Below, one piece after another: positions 8,790 through 18,928 of a stretch of 64,000 bases of DNA (the first letter of the stretch is position 1; each line of letters begins with the position of its first letter). The translations under genes were made by a program, and so were the position numbers. The stretch covers positions 1,056,001-1,120,000 of the forward strand of contig CAWGAA010000001.1 in NCBI GenBank assembly GCA_963820525.1. Reading direction: 5' to 3'. The notes beneath the pieces are model-generated. The model made no database searches, was not told the DNA's origin, and worked only from the letters and a program-made list of their open reading frames with translations. The DNA comes from an uncultured Spirochaetota bacterium (GTDB taxonomy: Bacteria > Spirochaetota > Spirochaetia > SZUA-6 > Fen-1364).

Positions 8790-11172
8790 CGTCGCGCACG
8801 GCGGAAAGCCAGGCCGCGAGGAACGAGCGGACCGCCTCCTTGCGGTTGAAAGCACTGGGGGCGAGGGGCGCAGCGGGCATGGGACCCGGCCGTACAGCGG
8901 GCGCAGGCTGAACGGGCACTGGGCCGGCCCCAGGCTCAGGTCGGGGCGCATCCTCCTCGGGAGGCCCGATGCAGGAGGGGCAGCCGCCCGCGCAGGCGCA
9001 CTGTTCCACAACCTCAAGGGCGCCGTGCAGGATCCGGACCATCGCCCTGAGGAATCCCTCGGAGAGGCCGATTCCTCCCGGGTACTGGTCGTAAACATAG
9101 AGGCAGGGGCAATCGAAGTGCGGGTCCCTGACCCTCTCGGATACTCCCAGATCTGCCGAGTCGCAGAGCAGAAACACGGGGGCCACCGTCTTTGCGAGGT
9201 TTCCCAGCCTTCGCATCACGCTTCCCTTGCTCTCCTCGGGCAGTGAAGCGAAGAGGCGCCCCGCCACGCTCGACTGGTCGAACAACAGGACCGCGGAGCG
9301 GGTGTGCATTTCATCGGCGGGGAGCGTGATATCCCCGTAGCCGATGTTCTCGTGGGTGTGGTATTTCAGCTTCTTGAACTTCGTGGCCTGGGTGCGGACC
9401 AGGATGTCGCCCAGAACGGTGCGCGCACCGGCTATAGTCTTGTCCTCGTCCTGATGGAGCACCTTTATGTCGGTCTTCACGATGGAGTCGGTGTAGTAGT
9501 CCGTGTCCGCTGACTCGACGAAGCACCTCCTGTTCTCCAGGTCCAGCTTTCTCACCACGAACTGGTCTCCCAGGTGGATGTAGATTGCGTTGTCGAAGAT
9601 GAGAAGCTTGGCCGACGGCATGTCCATCTCCCCGATCACCTCGTTCCTGCCCTTGGTAGTGTCCACGATGACCACGTTCTCCGGCGTCGAGGTGCGAAGG
9701 CTCACGTTCTCCGCCGGGTAGGATCTGTCCGCCCAGTACCACTTGCTTCCCGCGTGCCGGATCACCCCCTGCTCCGCGAGGAATTGGAGGAGATCCGCCG
9801 AGCCCTCTCCGAACTGCTCTCCATCCTCGAAGGGCAGCTCGAACACGGCGCATTTGAGCTGATCCGTCTGGATGAAGAGGTTTCCCGGGTCGATGTGGCC
9901 GGACTCGGGAGAGCGGGAAAAGAAGTACTCGGGATGCCGGATGATGAACTGGTCCGTGGGCGAGGATGAGGCGACAAGGATGGAAAGCGACACGGTGTTG
10001 CGCCTGCCCGCCCGTCCGGCCTGCTGCCAGGAGGAAGCGATGCTGCCGGGGAAGCCGGCGAGCACGGAGGCATCGAGGCCTCCGATGTCGATCCCCAGCT
10101 CCAGGGCATTCGTGGAGACCACTCCCTGGATCGTGCCGTCCCGCAGGCCCTTTTCTATCGCCCGGCGCTCGTTGGGAAGGTAGCCGCCCCGATAGGACTC
10201 GACGCGGATTCCATTGTTGTCCGTGTAGAAGTTCTTCAAGGAGTCCCGGATGTATTGGGCGATAAGCTCGGTTCGCACGCGGGAGCGGGCGAACACGATG
10301 GTCTTCACCCCCGCCTTGAGGAGCCGAGATGCTATGAGCTGGCTTTCAAGCACCACTCCGCGCCGGATGCCCTGCACCGCGTCCACGAGGGGCGGATTGT
10401 ACAGGACGAAGTGCCTCTCCCCGGAAGGAGACCCGTTGTCGTCGACGAGCTCGACCTCCTGCTCCAGTATCTTTGCCGCAAGCTCATGGGGGTTTCCGAT
10501 GGTCGCCGAGCAGCAGATGAACACGGGCCGGGTGCCGTAGAAGGCGGCGATCCGCTTCAGCCGCCGGATCACGTTGGTCATGTGCGAGCCGAAAACCCCG
10601 CGGTAGGAGTGCATCTCGTCGATGACCACGAACCGGAGGTTGGAGAGGACCTTGATCCACTTGGGGTGGTTGGGAAGGATCCCCGTGTGGAGCATGTCGG
10701 GGTTGGTGATGATGATCCTCCCTTCCTCCCGCGCCGAGATGCGGATGGAGCTGGGGGTGTCCCCGTCATAGGTGAAAACCTTTACAGGGATCTCCCCGCC
10801 CAGCACCACCTCGTTCAGCTCGGCCTGCTGGTCCTGCGAGAGGGCTTTGGTGGGGAAGAGATAGAGGGCTTTCGCCTCGGGGCTTTCCAGGAGGGTCTGA
10901 AGCACGGGAAGGTTGTAGGCGAGGGTCTTGCCGGAGGCCGTGGGGCTGACCAGCACCACGCTTTTTCCCGAGCGCACCGCCTGGAAGGTGACGGCCTGGT
11001 GGCTGTAGATCCTGTCGATCCCCCGGGCGTGGAGCGCTTCTCGGATCCTGCCGTCCACTTCCGCGGGGATGTCTACGTATTTCCCTTCCCGCGGCGGCAA
11101 GACCTCCCAATGGGTAACCCTCCGCGAGAAAGCCGGGTCCGATCTCAAGGACTCAAGAATCTTTCCAAGCAT
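8782..11172 (-). CDS. DEAD/DEAH helicase with DUF1998 Cys cluster (YprA/MrfA-like)
   Basis: PTASGKT, DEMH, SAT, QAGRAGR, C-terminal CACAGGCPSC. Confidence 0.9.
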   Translation of the reverse strand: MLGKILESLRSDPAFSRRVTHWEVLPPREGKYVDIPAEVDGRIREALHARGIDRIYSHQAVTFQAVRSGKSVVLVSPTASGKTLAYNLPVLQTLLESPEAKALYLFPTKALSQDQQAELNEVVLGGEIPVKVFTYDGDTPSSIRISAREEGRIIITNPDMLHTGILPNHPKWIKVLSNLRFVVIDEMHSYRGVFGSHMTNVIRRLKRIAAFYGTRPVFICCSATIGNPHELAAKILEQEVELVDDNGSPSGERHFVLYNPPLVDAVQGIRRGVVLESQLIASRLLKAGVKTIVFARSRVRTELIAQYIRDSLKNFYTDNNGIRVESYRGGYLPNERRAIEKGLRDGTIQGVVSTNALELGIDIGGLDASVLAGFPGSIASSWQQAGRAGRRNTVSLSILVASSSPTDQFIIRHPEYFFSRSPESGHIDPGNLFIQTDQLKCAVFELPFEDGEQFGEGSADLLQFLAEQGVIRHAGSKWYWADRSYPAENVSLRTSTPENVVIVDTTKGRNEVIGEMDMPSAKLLIFDNAIYIHLGDQFVVRKLDLENRRCFVESADTDYYTDSIVKTDIKVLHQDEDKTIAGARTVLGDILVRTQATKFKKLKYHTHENIGYGDITLPADEMHTRSAVLLFDQSSVAGRLFASLPEESKGSVMRRLGNLAKTVAPVFLLCDSADLGVSERVRDPHFDCPCLYVYDQYPGGIGLSEGFLRAMVRILHGALEVVEQCACAGGCPSCIGPPEEDAPRPEPGAGPVPVQPAPAVRPGPMPAAPLAPSAFNRKEAVRSFLAAWLSAVRDDA

Positions 11173-11310
11173 CCCCTCCCCCCGTCGGCAATTCTATCAT
11201 GGCCGGCATGGAAGAAAAAGAGACGCAGAGGGGGGAAAGGTGAGACGGAGGCGGGGCCTGGCCGGGAAGTCGTTCGCCGCCCGATACCGCCAAAAGTTCT
11301 GATATGGTCC

Positions 11311-11340
11311 TTGACCGGGGGCTCGTCTGGCTATTAGAAT
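11311..11340 (+). promoter_or_regulatory. Candidate sigma70 promoter for glgC
   Basis: TTGACC-18 nt-TAGAAT ending 16 nt before the start codon. Confidence 0.45.
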
Positions 11341-11356
11341 TCGATGTGAGACGGCC

Positions 11357-12637
11357 GTGGAAAAAATCACTTCCATTATCCTGGGCGGAGGGAGAGGATC
11401 GCGCCTGTACCCCTTGACGGCCAAGCGCGCAAAGCCCGCCGTTCCGTTCGGAGGCAAGTACAGGCTCGTCGACATTCCCATCTCCAACTGCCTGAACGCG
11501 GGACTCCGCCAGATCTACATCCTGACCCAGTTCAACTCCGCCTCGCTGCACACCCACATTTCCAGCACCTACAGGTTCGATACCTTCAGCAAGGGGTTTG
11601 TCGAGATCCTGGCCGCCGAGCAGACCTTCGAATCCAGCGACTGGTACCTGGGAACGGCCGATGCGGTGCGCAAGAACTTCTACCATTTCGAGGACCAGGC
11701 TCCCACCCACTACCTTATTCTCTCGGGAGACCAGCTCTACCGCATGGATCTCATCGAGATGCTCAATCGCCACGTGGCCGGCGGCTCGGACGTCACCATC
11801 GCGGCCGTCGCCATTCCACGGTCAAAGGCGAGCGGCCTGGGAATCCTGGCCGTAGATTCCGCCTATAAGATCCTCAAGTTCGTCGAGAAGCCGGATGAGA
11901 GCGACGACATCTCGGACATGAAGGTCCCCCAAAAGATCATCGAGCAGGAGGAGCTTGAAATCGGGGGGGACGTCTACCTCGCCTCCATGGGCATCTACGT
12001 TTTTTCAACCGCGGCCCTCAAAAAGGCCCTGGACAACACCTACACGGATTTCGGCGCCGAGATCATCCCCGCCTCCATAGAGCAGCTCAAGGTATCGGCA
12101 TACGTTTTCGACGGATACTGGGAGGACGTGGGAACAATCAAGAGCTTCTACCAGGCGAACCTCAACCTGGCATCGATCAATCCCGACTTCAGCCTCTACG
12201 AGGAGAACACCCCGATCTTCACCAACCGCAGGGACCTCCCGCCGTCCAAGATCAACTACAGCACGATCTCGCAGTCCCTCGCGGCCGAGGGATCGATCAT
12301 CACCAACGCCAACATCTCGAACTCCATCGTCGGCATCCGCACCCTCATCGAAAGCGGGGCGAACCTCGACGGCGTGGTATGCATGGGCGCCGACTACTAC
12401 GAGACCCCTGAGGAGAAGGAAATAAACAAATCCTCGGGCATCCCCAACCTGGGGATCGGCAGGTCCTCCATCATCAAGCATGCCATCATCGACAAGAACG
12501 CGCGCATCGGTGACAACTGCAGAATCGGAATCGACCCGGTCCCCCGCCCCGACGGCGACTACGAGCACTACTCGATCAGGGATGGGATCATCGTGATCCC
12601 CAAGGGGGAGGTGCTGTATCCCGGGACGGTGATCTGA
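11357..12637 (+). CDS. glgC: Glucose-1-phosphate adenylyltransferase
   Basis: ILGGGRGSRLYPLT..RAKPAVPFGGKYRL, GTADAVR, FVEKP, ASMGIY. Confidence 0.96.
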   Translation: MEKITSIILGGGRGSRLYPLTAKRAKPAVPFGGKYRLVDIPISNCLNAGLRQIYILTQFNSASLHTHISSTYRFDTFSKGFVEILAAEQTFESSDWYLGTADAVRKNFYHFEDQAPTHYLILSGDQLYRMDLIEMLNRHVAGGSDVTIAAVAIPRSKASGLGILAVDSAYKILKFVEKPDESDDISDMKVPQKIIEQEELEIGGDVYLASMGIYVFSTAALKKALDNTYTDFGAEIIPASIEQLKVSAYVFDGYWEDVGTIKSFYQANLNLASINPDFSLYEENTPIFTNRRDLPPSKINYSTISQSLAAEGSIITNANISNSIVGIRTLIESGANLDGVVCMGADYYETPEEKEINKSSGIPNLGIGRSSIIKHAIIDKNARIGDNCRIGIDPVPRPDGDYEHYSIRDGIIVIPKGEVLYPGTVI

Positions 12638-12708
12638 CCCGCCGGGGCATGCTTCGGGACCTGGCCCGGCTGCCGCAAGACTTCATCGAGCACCGAAGGA
12701 GAAAGACC

Positions 12709-13623
12709 ATGAAAGACGGCCAGATGGCCAGGTTCGTACTGTGCTTCTTTCTTTTCAGCGCATGCTCTGCTTTCCCCCAGAGCGGAGCCCGGCTTTTCGA
12801 CTACAACGCTGTCGTTCCTTTCAACATCAAGGAAATCTCCGTCATTGACAAGGATGGAATCGCCATTCATGACATCCGCTACGACGCCCAGGACCGGAAC
12901 TATCCCGCGGGCGCCAACGGATTGATTTCGGCCTACCGCCTTGTCCCGCCCGGCGGGGGACCATTCGCCGGCATCGTATTCGTCCATTGGCTGGGGAGCA
13001 CCAACGCCAACAGGGACGAGTTCTTGAAGGAAGCCTCGGCGCTGGCAAAAAAGGGGGCCGAGTGTCTTCTGGTGCAGGGCTACTTTCCCTGGTCGGCTTC
13101 GCCCAAGGACTCTGAGTACGACCGGCGCCAGGTCATTCACCAGACCATCGAGTTTCGAAGGGCTTTGGACCTTCTTCTCTCCCAACCGGAGGTGGATCAA
13201 AAGCGAATAGCCTATGTCGGCCACGACTACGGCGCGCTCTATGGGGGAGTGCTCTCCGGGGTCGAAAAACGGGTGAAGGCCTTCGTTCTCACGGCGGGCA
13301 TGGGGGATTTCAGCACGTGGTTCCTCAAGTTCTGGCTTGGCGGGATGCAGGAAAAAGACCGGGAAACATACACGCTGGCCATGTCATCCGTGGACCCCAT
13401 AGGATACGTGAGCAATGCAAGCCCGGCGGCTCTCTTCTTTCAGTTCGCGACAATAGACCGATTCATCCTCAAGGACACGGCTCTGAAGTTTTACCAGGCG
13501 GCGAGCGAGCCCAAGTCTGTTGCATGGTACGATACCACGCACTCGTTCGATTACGCGCAGGCAACGGTGGATCGCGACCGATGGCTGGAAAATCAGCTCG
13601 AGCTGAAGGGGGGCGGCGGCTGA
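12709..13623 (+). CDS. Exported alpha/beta hydrolase-fold protein
   Basis: Signal-like N-terminus, RIAYVGHDYGA elbow with Asp in place of Ser, C-terminal His. Confidence 0.7.
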   Translation: MKDGQMARFVLCFFLFSACSAFPQSGARLFDYNAVVPFNIKEISVIDKDGIAIHDIRYDAQDRNYPAGANGLISAYRLVPPGGGPFAGIVFVHWLGSTNANRDEFLKEASALAKKGAECLLVQGYFPWSASPKDSEYDRRQVIHQTIEFRRALDLLLSQPEVDQKRIAYVGHDYGALYGGVLSGVEKRVKAFVLTAGMGDFSTWFLKFWLGGMQEKDRETYTLAMSSVDPIGYVSNASPAALFFQFATIDRFILKDTALKFYQAASEPKSVAWYDTTHSFDYAQATVDRDRWLENQLELKGGGG

Positions 13624-13668
13624 AGAACGCCGCGGCCCACTGCGGCCTCCCGCCGCGCTTGGCTGGCC

Positions 13669-16600
13669 TCAATTCACCAGCATCGACAGCCTCTCCTTGA
13701 GGAACTCGGCCTTCTCCGAAAGCCCTATCGAGCCGGTCTTCAGCATGAGGCAGGCGGGATGGTCGGGATCGAGGTACGCGCGGCCGGCGCTCTCGCCCAC
13801 CAGCCGCACCACGCGATCTGTCGACACCCTGGACAGGCGGGAGAACTCCACGGCGATGGAGCCGTTCTTCTCCTTGAGAGAGGTGATGAAGAGCTTCCTG
13901 CAGATCACGCGCATCTCTGCCAGGGAGAGCACGCTGTGCACCTCCGGCGGGATGGGGCCGAAGCGGTCCTCGATCTCGCGGTAGACGCGGTCGAACTCCT
14001 CCTCCGTGGTGACCGCGGCGATCTTCTTGTAAACCTCCATCTTTTCCATCGGCTCCGGGATGTAGGAGTCCGGGATGAAGCCGGAGTACTCCAGCTCCAT
14101 ATACACCTCGGGGGCCTCCTCCCTCTCCTTTCCGGAAAGCTCCGCGATGGCTTCGTCGAGGAGCTTCAGGTACAGGTCGAATCCCACGGAAAGGATCTGG
14201 CCGTGCTGCTCGCGGCCCAGGATGTTTCCGGCGCCGCGGATCTCCAGGTCCTTCAAGGCGATCTTGAACCCGGAGCCCAGCTCCGTGTGGTCGGAGATTA
14301 TCCTGAGGCGCTTCATGGCGATCTCCGAGAGCGCCCGCCGATTCGGGTAGAACAGGTACGCGTTAGCCGGAACCCCGGCCCGGCCCACCCTGCCCCTGAG
14401 CTGGTAGAGCTGGGCGATTCCCAGCATGTCGGCCCGGTCTATGATGATCGTGTTGACGTTGGGGATGTCGAGGCCGTTTTCGATGATGGTCGTGGACAGA
14501 AGAACCTGGGCCTCGTTGTGGATGAAGCGGTGCATCGATTCCTCCAGCTCCTCCTCATCCAGCTGCCCATGACCCACAACGACCGAGACCTCCGGCACGA
14601 GCCTTCGAAGAAAGAGCTGGATCTCCTCAATGGTCTCGATCCTGTTGTGGAGGTAGAACACCTGCCCTCCCCGCGTGACCTCCTCCCGGATGGCGCGTGC
14701 CACGAGCTCCTCGCTGAACTCCATGACGTAGGTCTCTATGGGGAGCCTGTTCTGCGGCGGGGTGTTGAGCACCGACATGTCGCGGATCTTCATCAGCGAC
14801 ATGTTGAGCGTCCGCGGGATGGGAGTGGCGGTGAGGGTGAGGCAGTCAACCGAGGTCTTCATCTGCTTCAGCCTCTCCTTGTGCTTCACCCCGAAGCGCT
14901 GCTCCTCGTCCACGATGAGAAGCCCCATGTTCTTGAAGCGCACGTCCTTCTGGATGAGACGGTGGGTGCCGATGGCGATATCGATCTCCCCCTCGGCCAG
15001 GCCCTTGAGCGCGGAGGCGATCTCGCGCTGCGAGCGGAAGCGGGAGAGCATGGAGATCTTCACGGGGAAGCGGCTGAATCGATCCATGAAGGTGTCGAAG
15101 TGCTGCTCAACGAGGATGGTGGTGGGCGCAAGAAGCGCAACCTGCTTTCCGCCCATCACGGCCTTGAAGGCGGCGCGAAGGGCTATCTCGGTCTTGCCGT
15201 AGCCCACGTCTCCGCAGATCAGGCGGTCCATGACCGTGGGGGACTCCATGTCGCGCTTCACGTCGTCTATGCAGGTGAGCTGATCCTCGGTCTCCTGGAA
15301 GGGGAAGGCGGCCTCGAACTCGCTCTGCCAGTCCGTGTCCGGGGGGAAGGCGAAGCCCTGATCCGTCTTGCGCTTGGAGTACAGCTCCAGAAGGCCCTGG
15401 GCCAGGTCTTCGACGGCATGCCGCGCCCGCTCCTTGCGCTTCTGCCAGGCCTTCCCCCCGATAATGTCCAGCTTGGGTTTCCTGCCCTCCTGGCCGATGT
15501 AGCGCTGGATCAGGTTCACCTGCTCGAGGGGGATGAAAAGCTTTTCCGTCTCGGCGTACTCGAGGCGGATGTAGTCCCGCTCGTTTCCCGCGGCGGAGAT
15601 CCTCTCTATGCCGAGGAAGATCCCGATGCCGTAGTTGACGTGCACAACGTAGTCCCCGGGCTCGAGCTCGACAAAGCTTTCGATCGCGGTGCTCTTGGCC
15701 GTTGCTACGGATCGGGGGATGTGGCGCTTCCTGCCGAAGATCTCCGTTTCCTGGATGACCATGATCTTCTTGTCAGGAAGGGTGAAGCCGGCGGAAATGC
15801 TCTGGGGAAGGATTTCGACGTCGAGATCCTTGAGGATGTGGCGGAGCCTGTCCGCCTGAACGTCATAGACGGCGAAGACGAAGATCTTGTAGCCGCTCTC
15901 CAGCGCCGCGGTCACCTCTTCGCGGAGAAAGGTGAAGTTGCCGAAAAAAGAGCGCGGGCCGTCACAGGGGAGCGTGATGAAAAGCTCGGCGGGGGCGACG
16001 CCGCGCTCCGCGGGGCCGCTGCCTGCCTTGCCGCCCGCCGGCGGGGTTTCCGCCGGACGCGCAAGGGAGGGAAAGTCGACGCGACGCGCCGGCTTGGCGG
16101 CCAATGCGCCGAAGTCGAGGAGGATTTTCTGGGGCCCCGGCACCACGAGCTTCCGGGCCCTGGCGCGGCGGAAAAGCTCCAGGTACTCCTTTCGAAGCGC
16201 GTCGCCGCCCTGCTCCAGCCTCTCCTCATCCGCGAAAAACGCCGTGGAGCCGGGGCCCATGTAGTCGAGAAGCGAATACGAGCGCTGGGAGCACAACGGA
16301 TAGAAGATCTCCACCCCGTCCATCTCCGGGTCTTCCCTGATCCGCGAGAGAAGCTCTTCCGTCTCCCTTGGCTCGAAGCCCTGGGAGAGCAGGCCTGCGG
16401 AGAGCGTGCGCAGGGTCTCCTCCGCGAAGATGAGCTCGCGGCACGGGGTGACGTCGATCCTGGGCAGGCTCCCCGTGGAAGACTGGTCCAGGGTGTTGAA
16501 GCTTCTGATATCCATGACCTTTTCGAAATCAAGAGTCACGCGCACCGCCTGCTCGCTTCCCGGGATGAAAACGTCCACAACCTCGCCCCGCACGGCGAAC

Positions 16601-17133
16601 TCACCGCCCATGCTCACCACGGGAACCCGCAGGTACCCCAGGCCGGCCAGGCGTGCCGCCGTCTCCTGCGTGTCCAGACGCTGGCCCCGGGAGATGGAGC
16701 AGGTCTGGGCAGAGAGGAGTGCAGGGTCGGGAAGCGGGGTGAGAAAAGCCCTCAGGGAGGCTATCACCAGCAGGGGCTCGCCCGCCATGAGCCGCGAGAG
16801 GACCCGCACGCGGTCCCCAAAAATGGAGGCGCGGGGATTTGCACCCTCGTAGGGAGCGGTCCCCCACCAGGGAAACACAACGGGGGATGAGCCTTCGGCG
16901 AGCGTGGAGAAGTCCTGGAAAAGGCCTTCGGCCTCGCGCTCCGTGGAGACCACGGCCAGTGAGGCAGCCGCCTTCCGTCGGGCAAGGTCGCTCAGTACTA
17001 TAGAAAGATATCCGCCTTTGGGCCCCAGGATCCGCAGGGACAGCTCCTCGCCCTTGAAAGCGGCGAGCGCCTGGCGGTAGGGGGGTGAGTATTCCAGGGC
17101 GCGCTCTATTTCTTTTCGGAACAAGTTTCGCAT
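13669..17133 (-). CDS. mfd: Transcription-repair coupling factor
   Basis: GDVGYGKTE, DEEQRFGV, QLRGRVGR, DLEIRGAGN; 1154 aa. Confidence 0.97.
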   Translation of the reverse strand: MRNLFRKEIERALEYSPPYRQALAAFKGEELSLRILGPKGGYLSIVLSDLARRKAAASLAVVSTEREAEGLFQDFSTLAEGSSPVVFPWWGTAPYEGANPRASIFGDRVRVLSRLMAGEPLLVIASLRAFLTPLPDPALLSAQTCSISRGQRLDTQETAARLAGLGYLRVPVVSMGGEFAVRGEVVDVFIPGSEQAVRVTLDFEKVMDIRSFNTLDQSSTGSLPRIDVTPCRELIFAEETLRTLSAGLLSQGFEPRETEELLSRIREDPEMDGVEIFYPLCSQRSYSLLDYMGPGSTAFFADEERLEQGGDALRKEYLELFRRARARKLVVPGPQKILLDFGALAAKPARRVDFPSLARPAETPPAGGKAGSGPAERGVAPAELFITLPCDGPRSFFGNFTFLREEVTAALESGYKIFVFAVYDVQADRLRHILKDLDVEILPQSISAGFTLPDKKIMVIQETEIFGRKRHIPRSVATAKSTAIESFVELEPGDYVVHVNYGIGIFLGIERISAAGNERDYIRLEYAETEKLFIPLEQVNLIQRYIGQEGRKPKLDIIGGKAWQKRKERARHAVEDLAQGLLELYSKRKTDQGFAFPPDTDWQSEFEAAFPFQETEDQLTCIDDVKRDMESPTVMDRLICGDVGYGKTEIALRAAFKAVMGGKQVALLAPTTILVEQHFDTFMDRFSRFPVKISMLSRFRSQREIASALKGLAEGEIDIAIGTHRLIQKDVRFKNMGLLIVDEEQRFGVKHKERLKQMKTSVDCLTLTATPIPRTLNMSLMKIRDMSVLNTPPQNRLPIETYVMEFSEELVARAIREEVTRGGQVFYLHNRIETIEEIQLFLRRLVPEVSVVVGHGQLDEEELEESMHRFIHNEAQVLLSTTIIENGLDIPNVNTIIIDRADMLGIAQLYQLRGRVGRAGVPANAYLFYPNRRALSEIAMKRLRIISDHTELGSGFKIALKDLEIRGAGNILGREQHGQILSVGFDLYLKLLDEAIAELSGKEREEAPEVYMELEYSGFIPDSYIPEPMEKMEVYKKIAAVTTEEEFDRVYREIEDRFGPIPPEVHSVLSLAEMRVICRKLFITSLKEKNGSIAVEFSRLSRVSTDRVVRLVGESAGRAYLDPDHPACLMLKTGSIGLSEKAEFLKERLSMLVN

Positions 17134-17169
17134 GGAATCTACCGAATATAGTAAGCGGGAGAGTACGTC

Positions 17170-18114
17170 GTGAGAAAAGCTATCGCCATCCTCGCGCTCT
17201 GCGTGTGCCTATTTCCCATCTCCGCCGCGAGCGCTCAGGACCAAGCCGAGTTCACCATCCGCTTCTTTGACAAGAAGGTCTACTTCGTGGGAGACCAGAT
17301 CATGGCGGAGGCGGTAATCACAAACACCACCGCCCAGACCCTCACCTTCGAAGTCGCGGACAACCGGGTCTTCAGCCTCGACTTCGACGTTCGCACCGCG
17401 ACGAACCTGGCCCTGGATCACGCGGCAGACTTTATCACGGCGCGAAACTCGGATCAACCCGTATTCTTCCGCGAGGTGAGCCTGCAGCCGGGAGAGAAGT
17501 ACTCCATCGTCGTGGACATGACCAAGTACGCAGCCGTGGCCGACGCGGGGCTCTACGTGGTGCAGGGGCGGTTCTACCCCCAGCTGTGGCGCGGGAAGGA
17601 CTCCCATTCCTTCACCTCCAACAGGCTCACCCTCGACGTGAAGCCTCCCGTCGTCACCCAGGAGGAGCGGGCGGTTGTCGAAGCCCAGACCGGGGCGCTC
17701 ATCACCCGCCAGGCGCTCCCCCCGGACCAGGTGGTTTCCTATACCATCCAGGCGCGGCAGAAGAGCCAATGGGACAAGTTCTTCCTCTATCTGGACTTGG
17801 AGAGCCTTTTGCGCAAGAACCCGGACAAGGACAGGATCTGGCGGCGCTCCAGCCAGCAGGCGCAGGCCGCCATGCTGGGCCAGTTCCGGCAGCAGCTCAT
17901 GTCGTCCAGGATCGAGCAGGACATCATCATCATCCCTACCTCCTTCTCCATCCAGAAGACCACATATTCGGCCACGGACGGCACCGTCCAGGTTATGGAG
18001 CGCTTCCAATATGCCGACTACGCCGAGATCAAGCAGTATACCTACTACTTGAAAAAGCAGGACCAGTACTGGATAATCACTGATTACGAGATCAAAAACC
18101 TCGGAACGCAATAG
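17170..18114 (+). CDS. Exported hypothetical protein
   Basis: Signal peptide, typical codon bias, abuts the next gene. Confidence 0.75.
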   Translation: MRKAIAILALCVCLFPISAASAQDQAEFTIRFFDKKVYFVGDQIMAEAVITNTTAQTLTFEVADNRVFSLDFDVRTATNLALDHAADFITARNSDQPVFFREVSLQPGEKYSIVVDMTKYAAVADAGLYVVQGRFYPQLWRGKDSHSFTSNRLTLDVKPPVVTQEERAVVEAQTGALITRQALPPDQVVSYTIQARQKSQWDKFFLYLDLESLLRKNPDKDRIWRRSSQQAQAAMLGQFRQQLMSSRIEQDIIIIPTSFSIQKTTYSATDGTVQVMERFQYADYAEIKQYTYYLKKQDQYWIITDYEIKNLGTQ

Positions 18115-18867
18115 ATGAAGATGCTCCTCGTCGCGGCCCGGGACCAGTTCGTCGGAGTCCTGAGCTACCATCTCAAACCTCTCGGTTTCGAGCTCGAACG
18201 CATGGGAGACCCCGTGCGCGCAATGGAAGCGATCGAGGAGATCGATCCCCAGGCCATCCTCTTCCACGCCGGCGACTTCCCCCGCCACTGGAAGGCCCTT
18301 CTGAAGCTGGTCCGGGAAAGGAAGAACAAGGAGGAGCTGATTTTCCTGCTCATCGCTCCGCACGACTTCGACCTGGACGAGGCGGCGAAGGCCGCGCACC
18401 TGGGAATCAACGGGATCATTGGGGAAGATCTTTCAGACAAGCAGGAGCTGTATCGCCTGGAGGAGCTGGTCAGGCGGTACCGATCGGTACGCGAGAAACG
18501 AAACTTCGCCCGCCTGATACCCACACAGGACGACTCGCTGGGCTTCGCCTTCACCCATCCCCGCCGCCTCTCCCTGGTGCTGGGAAAAATCAGGGAGATT
18601 TCCATCCAGGGCGCCAGCTTCTACCCCTCGGAAGCTTCCGTGGTATCCGATCTTACGGTCGGCCATGAGATCAGAAACTGCTCCCTGAAGGTGGGCGACG
18701 AGATCATCTCCGTCACCTGCCGCCTGACAAGAAACCGCGAAGAGCTGGGCTTCCAGTTCCTCTCCTTCGAGGAAGGCGGGCATCACAAACTTTTGCGGTA
18801 CATCCAGCAGCGCCCCGATCGGGCCCTGAAGAGCGCCCTGGCGGCGCAAGGCGGCTCGGAGATCTGA
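18115..18867 (+). CDS. PilZ domain protein with receiver-like N-terminus
   Basis: EKRNFAR (RxxxR) and EISIQG motifs. Confidence 0.75.
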   Translation: MKMLLVAARDQFVGVLSYHLKPLGFELERMGDPVRAMEAIEEIDPQAILFHAGDFPRHWKALLKLVRERKNKEELIFLLIAPHDFDLDEAAKAAHLGINGIIGEDLSDKQELYRLEELVRRYRSVREKRNFARLIPTQDDSLGFAFTHPRRLSLVLGKIREISIQGASFYPSEASVVSDLTVGHEIRNCSLKVGDEIISVTCRLTRNREELGFQFLSFEEGGHHKLLRYIQQRPDRALKSALAAQGGSEI

Positions 18868-18928
18868 TTGGGTTCAGCCCGCCGCGGGCCGGGACCCCAG
18901 TCGCACGGGCGCCGGGGACTGAACCGCC

